Shown here piece after piece: positions 58,992 through 64,000 of a DNA stretch of 64,000 nucleotides. The position numbers and the translations under genes were made by a program. The DNA is from an uncultured Methanosarcinales archaeon. GTDB taxonomy: Archaea; Nanobdellota; Nanobdellia; Woesearchaeales; GW2011-AR9. How positions within the stretch are numbered: the first letter of the stretch is position 1; each line of letters begins with the position of its first letter. Location of the stretch: the NCBI GenBank assembly GCA_964632045.1, contig CAZWBB010000004.1:18615-82614 (forward strand), written 5' to 3'. Below the pieces are notes generated by a model. The model ran no database searches and had not been told where the DNA came from. It saw only the letters and a program-made list of their open reading frames with translations.

Positions 58992-59043
58992 CCCCCATTC
59001 ACCCAAACCCCTCCATTCTCCCCACAGAATCCCCATTCCCCCC
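58992..59043 (-). other. G-rich tract on the minus strand, potential G-quadruplex
   Basis: Six C-runs of 3-6 nt on the plus strand with a recurring ccattc unit. Confidence 0.5.
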
Positions 59044-59056
59044 TACAAATCTATAC

Positions 59057-59067
59057 TTTTCGTAAAA
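59057..59067. promoter_or_regulatory. Recurrent motif TTTTCGTAAAA
   Basis: Upstream of the 59135 operon. Confidence 0.5.
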
Positions 59068-59134
59068 TTCTTCATCAATTATTTCTTATATTACTTTCAC
59101 TATAGCAAATTCATCAAATTATGGAGGAAATACC

Positions 59135-59653
59135 ATGAAAAGAACACCTTATACGATCTCTGCCCTCATTCTTGGAATTGGGGCGGGGATAGGATTAGCA
59201 TATGCAGAAGTTGTTAAAGATGGAGAATGTTCGCATGCCGCCCAAGCTAGGATCGAAGCAAGAGGGGCCGCCTCCCAACTGGAAGGACAATTGGCAAAAT
59301 CAGAAGAGTGCAGCTCTTTCAACATTGATCTGGCTCACGGAACAGCTACATGCTACAAAGAAATATGTCTAGAGAAGAAGATGGAGACGGACTGGTCCTG
59401 CGCGGAACGTCATGGGCCGAAGAAGTGGTGTAAGGTTGAGGTATGCAAGAAAGATGGGTTAGATGCAATACATCAATACAGGGTGAGAGAGGTAAATGAT
59501 GTAACCATCGACGGTTCAAGGATGGATGTGCGGTTTGATGAAGGGCAGGTATCTTATTCATTCCCATCAGGGGAACAGGCTGAAGCTGCCCGGGTCAATT
59601 TCATAAAACTGTGGGGCAATATAGGATATTTTGAAGGAGGTAACTCAAAATGA
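59135..59653 (+). CDS. Secreted small protein with PH-like module
   Basis: ggagg SD, signal peptide, EECSS..G..TC, YSFPSGEQAEAA. Confidence 0.78.
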   Translation: MKRTPYTISALILGIGAGIGLAYAEVVKDGECSHAAQARIEARGAASQLEGQLAKSEECSSFNIDLAHGTATCYKEICLEKKMETDWSCAERHGPKKWCKVEVCKKDGLDAIHQYRVREVNDVTIDGSRMDVRFDEGQVSYSFPSGEQAEAARVNFIKLWGNIGYFEGGNSK

Positions 59654-60021
59654 AAGGACTGACAGCAATTCTATCAACGCTGCTTGTTGCAGGAAGCAGC
59701 GGCTATGCTCTGGCGAACGGAAATGCTGCAAGTGCAGCCCGTGCGACAAGGTTGTCGCTTGTTGAAGCAGAAGAATGCAGTTCCGTTGATGTAGATATGG
59801 TACTAGGTCTGCTTAACTGCAATGGTGAGGTAAAAGATCATAGTTTCTTCAGTTTCGAAGATGTAGCCAGGTTGGGGACATATCAGACAAAATTACATGT
59901 GTATCTTAGAAACAGGAAGAGGTTCACCTATAATTTCTCTACGGAAGAGAAGATGCAATCAGCCGTGGAAGCTATGAGAGAGCTGATAAGCGGTTACAGG
60001 GCCAGTTTGCAGGTTAGGTGA
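59650..60021 (+). CDS. Secreted small protein, paralogous module to 59135
   Basis: ggaggt SD, signal peptide, EECSS..GLLNC, YNFSTEEKMQSA. Confidence 0.78.
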   Translation: MKGLTAILSTLLVAGSSGYALANGNAASAARATRLSLVEAEECSSVDVDMVLGLLNCNGEVKDHSFFSFEDVARLGTYQTKLHVYLRNRKRFTYNFSTEEKMQSAVEAMRELISGYRASLQVR

Positions 60022-60638
60022 GTGAAAAAGTGGAAGATGCTTACCTGCATCTGGCGGAATGCTTCTCAACTATGAACGATTATCTGCGTAATCCTAAACT
60101 CTACAGGCCGTCTGATGGATTGCTGGAGAAACTTGGTTACAGTAAGGTAAAAGAGGATTTCTGGCAGAGAGATGAGCAGGTATATGCGTTGGCCGGAGAA
60201 AGAAGGATGCCCGCTCTGGGAGAAGGAATTACCGAAGGAGATCTGGAGAAGATCGCTGCCCGTTCGGATGATCCATTCCGGCTGCAGTTTGGCCTATATT
60301 TTGCAGGAGGATGTTCCATGGTCTACACACTCCCCTGGATCTTCTTTGGAGCCCTTCAAAGTTGTGAGTATGGTTGCAGTGATGGCTGGGAAAAAGGAGG
60401 AGAAATCGCCAGTTTCACAGGCATGGTCGTTGGAGGGCTTGTTGCGGTAGGCTTTTCACTGATGGGATTGAAGAAACTTAAGCAGTATCTGGATGCGGAT
60501 GTTCTGAAACGGCAAGGATTTCCCGTACATTTTTCTGAATATAGGTTTGGAGAGGAAGCGGTGAAAGAGATTGTTGAAGAAGGGCAAAGTATAGGATTTG
60601 AGGATGCTGCGATGAATATATTTCCTAGAAAGCAGTGA
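60018..60638 (+). CDS. Two-TM hypothetical membrane protein
   Basis: Overlapping GTGA start/stop; two hydrophobic segments. Confidence 0.7.
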   Translation: MSEKVEDAYLHLAECFSTMNDYLRNPKLYRPSDGLLEKLGYSKVKEDFWQRDEQVYALAGERRMPALGEGITEGDLEKIAARSDDPFRLQFGLYFAGGCSMVYTLPWIFFGALQSCEYGCSDGWEKGGEIASFTGMVVGGLVAVGFSLMGLKKLKQYLDADVLKRQGFPVHFSEYRFGEEAVKEIVEEGQSIGFEDAAMNIFPRKQ

Positions 60639-60702
60639 GATGAGAAATATCAAGGTTGACAAAGTAGAAAATTATTTAAGCAAGTTATCAAATGGTTGAC
60701 AC

Positions 60703-61458
60703 ATGGTTAGAAAGGATGTTTTCTTTGTATTGTTAGTTCTGTTTGTACTCTTAGGATGCACTGAGGAATTAGACAAAGAACTTGAAGTAGAAGATATTGT
60801 TACAGGAGAGTCTCAAACAGCAGCACGAGAGAGGGCTCCTGCACAACTTGATGAAACACCTGAAGGGGCCGTGACAGTGTCGGAAGTAGTTACTCCCTGC
60901 ACTGCTGGCTGGAAGTGCATGAGTTCAAGGAAGAAGATTTATCAGCTGGCCAACTGCAGCTTCGGGGAAAGGATTGACTGCCCACTGGGTTGTGAGAACG
61001 ATGCTTGTGTTGTGAGGACAGAAACCTGTGATTCAGGATTCATGTGCAAAGATGATTTTACCATTGCTTTCCAAACTGAAAGCTGCTCCTGGATCAGGGA
61101 GACGGAATGTGAGTGGGGATGTGAGGACGGGGAGTGTCGCTTGGAGGCAGAAAGTGTTGCAGAGCAAGTGGATGAACCAAGTTCTGCCGTTGATGAAGAG
61201 GAGCAAGAGGAACGTATACAATTATCTACTCTAAGAATGGGCGAAAGTACAACTGTTGAAGTTGACGGTGTGGAGCACAGCATCAGTCTTTATCTCATCC
61301 AAGCGGGAGAGGTAAAGATGAAGATTGATGATGAAAGAAGCGAGTGGATGAATGAAGGGGACAGTTTTTCTTATGATGGTGTAACAATCGTAGTTGAGGA
61401 GATCCTTTTCCAATCATTTGATGGTGGAATTAGACAGGTTGGTTATCGGGTAGGATAA
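60703..61458 (+). CDS. Cys-rich putative lipoprotein
   Basis: LLGC; two C..G..C...C...C..GC....C repeats. Confidence 0.8.
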   Translation: MVRKDVFFVLLVLFVLLGCTEELDKELEVEDIVTGESQTAARERAPAQLDETPEGAVTVSEVVTPCTAGWKCMSSRKKIYQLANCSFGERIDCPLGCENDACVVRTETCDSGFMCKDDFTIAFQTESCSWIRETECEWGCEDGECRLEAESVAEQVDEPSSAVDEEEQEERIQLSTLRMGESTTVEVDGVEHSISLYLIQAGEVKMKIDDERSEWMNEGDSFSYDGVTIVVEEILFQSFDGGIRQVGYRVG

Positions 61459-61563
61459 GATTTTTCTCTCTCTCTCTCTTTTTATAAACCAAAACCACAA
61501 GTAATATAAACATTGAGAAAATCCTCTTCTAAAATAATAGTAATAAAAACTGAGGTGTTAAAC

Positions 61564-63630
61564 ATGAAAAAGGTTTTATTCTTGAGTGTTCTATTAGCAG
61601 CATTATTGTTAGTAGTTGGTTGTGCAGAAGAAGCTGTAGAAGAAACAGCTGTGGAAATGGACGCGAGTGATGGCGAAGAGTTCTCAGATGGGTTAGATGA
61701 AGAGGAACCTACTGAAGAAGTTCCTAAAGATGCGGCCATTACTGGGCAAGGTTACAGGGCCACAGGATTTAAGGTTGCGCATTATGATTTTGACGGAGCA
61801 GGAGACGTTATAATTGATAAAGGTGAATTTGACGGAGCAAATTATCTAACAGCAGGAAATGCACAGACCGTTACGACAATGCTAGCTGCGGGTGAGGGTG
61901 TATTCGACCGTAATAAAGGAACTTATCTTGTAAAAGAAGATTTTCAGAATTTTCCAAGAACAACTGGAACCTGGGCTTTCTGGTTAAAATTGGATGAGGA
62001 TGCTGGGAGCGCGGGAGTCATTTCGTATTCAGTTGGTCGAAAAGATAGGACTTGGGGTAGGTCTTCTAATGAGTTTTTGTTGTATTACGGCCAACCAAGT
62101 ACACGACATCCTAATGGTTTGTTTAGCGTCACGGTTGATAGGAACGGAGGCAAAAGAAGTAAGTCTGGAGCGGGTTTCCCCTTACCAGAGGATATCCGAG
62201 GCGGTTGGCATCACATAGCAGTAGTCTGGGCTAAAAACAATGGTGAAGCTTGGTTTTACGTAGATGGGGAGAGAATTGGCTATTCCGGAAAAAGTAAAGT
62301 TGCTAAGCGTCGTAATATTGGGAGAGATGGGACTCTTGTCATTGGTAATGATCAGGACTGTAGGTTCCCTCGGCAATGTAAAGCATATAAGAACAAGGCA
62401 AGTTTCAAAGGAGGATTTGATGCTAAACAGGCTTTGAAAGGTCGTATTGACGATTTGCGGATCTATGATTATAAAGTTGATGGGACCGGTAGCCAAGCTA
62501 GGAAGATTAAAGAACTTATGGACTTGTACCCAAAAGGTGATTGCGGTAATGGTGTTGCAGATGAAGGAGAGACTTGTACTATCTGTATGGAAGATGTATG
62601 TGAGGCAGGTCAAACATGTGTGAATGATGAATGTTTTTCTTGTGAAGCAGCTGTTTGTACAGAAGGGCAGTGCGGTGCAATAGATGATGGTTGTGGTGGA
62701 ACGGTTGAATGTGGAGAATGTAGTGGTGGCCTTAACTGTGTAGAAAGTGTATGTGGCTGTGAACCTCGTGAATGTCCCCTTGGATGGTGCGGCGAAGTGG
62801 ATGACAGATGTGGCGGGACGATCGATTGCGGAGGATGTGGTGAAGGAGGGATTTGCATAAGTCAGATCTGCAATGATTTGTTTGTAGGATCTGCTAGCAT
62901 TGATGAGACTTTTAGTGAAATAATCTCGTTTGGTGATTCGGTTTATCGAGTCGGATTCGTGCAACGGGATTTTCCTGATTCTACGGGTCTTGGAGACTTA
63001 ATGGGTGATGCTGTACCCAGGATGCGTGTACATAACACCGTCACACCCTCACCTGTTTTATTAGGAACCGGCCAAGTCCGAATTGGCGAATGGTTGACTC
63101 TTGATGATGGTAACCGGCTGATTGTAGATGAACTTTCTACCTATGAAATCTATGGTAATAGTATTTGGAGAGTTAATGTACATATGGCGGAGCCTGTTGG
63201 GAATGGTCAAGTCTGCGACGATACACACTTCTGCAGGGAAGAATCAATGGTATGTTATGCTGAGACTGCAGAAAGGAGTACCTGTAGTCACAGAGAGGAA
63301 GGCTGGCAGTGTGAAGAAGACGCAGAATGTTTTGACGGAAGATGTATTGGAGGAAGGTGCGGGTCAGTGAATTGTATTGGTGATAACGTTGGTGATGCCT
63401 GTGAGGTTAGAGTGTGTACTGGTTCACCTGTACAATGTCGAACAGAAATAGTGGGATCGCATAATGTAACACTAGCTGACCCTTGTATCATCTCGGATCA
63501 ATGCGAATCACTGGACGAGGTCTGCCATGAAGCAATGTGTAAGGTTGTACGTAGAGTAGGAGAAAACTGTGGGATACGTCATCAAGTCTGTGAGGATGGG
63601 ACAGAATGTGTAGATGGAATATGCACATAA
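61564..63630 (+). CDS. Putative lipoprotein with LamG/pentraxin-like domain and Cys-rich repeats
   Basis: VVGC; WHHIAVVW, FYVDG, LVIGNDQD, GGFDAKQALKGRIDDLRIYD; CG..DDGCGG repeats. Confidence 0.85.
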   Translation: MKKVLFLSVLLAALLLVVGCAEEAVEETAVEMDASDGEEFSDGLDEEEPTEEVPKDAAITGQGYRATGFKVAHYDFDGAGDVIIDKGEFDGANYLTAGNAQTVTTMLAAGEGVFDRNKGTYLVKEDFQNFPRTTGTWAFWLKLDEDAGSAGVISYSVGRKDRTWGRSSNEFLLYYGQPSTRHPNGLFSVTVDRNGGKRSKSGAGFPLPEDIRGGWHHIAVVWAKNNGEAWFYVDGERIGYSGKSKVAKRRNIGRDGTLVIGNDQDCRFPRQCKAYKNKASFKGGFDAKQALKGRIDDLRIYDYKVDGTGSQARKIKELMDLYPKGDCGNGVADEGETCTICMEDVCEAGQTCVNDECFSCEAAVCTEGQCGAIDDGCGGTVECGECSGGLNCVESVCGCEPRECPLGWCGEVDDRCGGTIDCGGCGEGGICISQICNDLFVGSASIDETFSEIISFGDSVYRVGFVQRDFPDSTGLGDLMGDAVPRMRVHNTVTPSPVLLGTGQVRIGEWLTLDDGNRLIVDELSTYEIYGNSIWRVNVHMAEPVGNGQVCDDTHFCREESMVCYAETAERSTCSHREEGWQCEEDAECFDGRCIGGRCGSVNCIGDNVGDACEVRVCTGSPVQCRTEIVGSHNVTLADPCIISDQCESLDEVCHEAMCKVVRRVGENCGIRHQVCEDGTECVDGICT

Positions 63631-63632
63631 AT

Positions 63633-63654
63633 ATTTCTCTTTTTTTTCTTTTTT
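63633..63654 (+). terminator. Oligo-T terminator candidate
   Basis: Pyrimidine/T-run immediately after the stop. Confidence 0.45.
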
Positions 63655-63707
63655 CCCAAACAATTAAATAATCCTACTTTTTCTCCATATCCAAAAAAGA
63701 GGTAAAC

Positions 63708-64000
63708 ATGAAAGCGACAAAAATATTCCGTATCTTTGGTATAGATGTAAAACTACACATCTCCTGGTGGTTTGTCTTTATCCTGATAGCCTGGAGTCTC
63801 TCAGAATCGTTCTTCCCACACCACTTTGAGGGATATAACACAATTACGTACTGGTTTATGGGGATAGTCGCATCCTTGCTGTTGTTCGTATCAGTCCTTT
63901 TGCATGAACTGGCCCATTCTCTTGTAGCTAAAGCAAAGAAGATTAAGGTGGAATCGATCACTCTCTTCTTTTTTGGTGGAGTTGCAGGCATAACTAAAGA
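63708..64000 (+). CDS. Site-2 protease (M50) family zinc metalloprotease, truncated by the window end; not in the ORF track
   Basis: gaggt SD; MKATKIFRIFGIDVKLHISW...LLFVSVLLHELAHSLVA...ITLFFFGGVA. Confidence 0.92.
   Translation, partial: MKATKIFRIFGIDVKLHISWWFVFILIAWSLSESFFPHHFEGYNTITYWFMGIVASLLLFVSVLLHELAHSLVAKAKKIKVESITLFFFGGVAGITK

Noticed and set aside
62182..62964. Long antisense ORFs (also 11538-12089, 27292-27852, 39313-39939, 49639-50268, 63674-63991)
   Set aside because: Shadows of well-supported genes on the opposite strand

Overview
Gene-dense 64-kb prokaryotic window that most resembles a DPANN archaeon (Woesearchaeota-like). This is an inference from TATA-box-like promoters about 25-30 nt ahead of starts, an archaeal-type RtcB, tandem Lrp/AsnC regulators and an HTH-MNT/HEPN module. 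I found no rRNA, tRNA, CRISPR array, transposase or reverse transcriptase. (1) 1-6 kb: 3' part of a giant multidomain protein with kinase-like, metallophosphoesterase and PRTase-like segments separated by recurring Cys-bracketed motifs. (2) 6-13.5 kb: nucleic-acid processing neighbourhood with a nucleoside hydrolase, a strikingly Dbr1 (lariat debranching enzyme)-like phosphoesterase, a PHP protein, RtcB and structured intergenic repeats. (3) 13.5-36.6 kb and 52-60 kb: a probably frameshifted receptor kinase, three double-Lrp regulators, and several paralogous families of unknown membrane or secreted proteins (called X, Y and Z here) that share a recurring intergenic motif TTTYCGKAAAA; also a queuosine salvage gene. 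(4) 36.8-52 kb: a co-directional array of lipoprotein-like surface proteins with Cys/Asp-rich stalk repeats and swappable heads (matrixin, FGE/C-lectin, vWA, beta-propellers). (5) 60.7-64 kb: Cys-rich and pentraxin/LamG lipoproteins and a truncated M50 protease. All domain calls are by eye from motifs; no searches were run.
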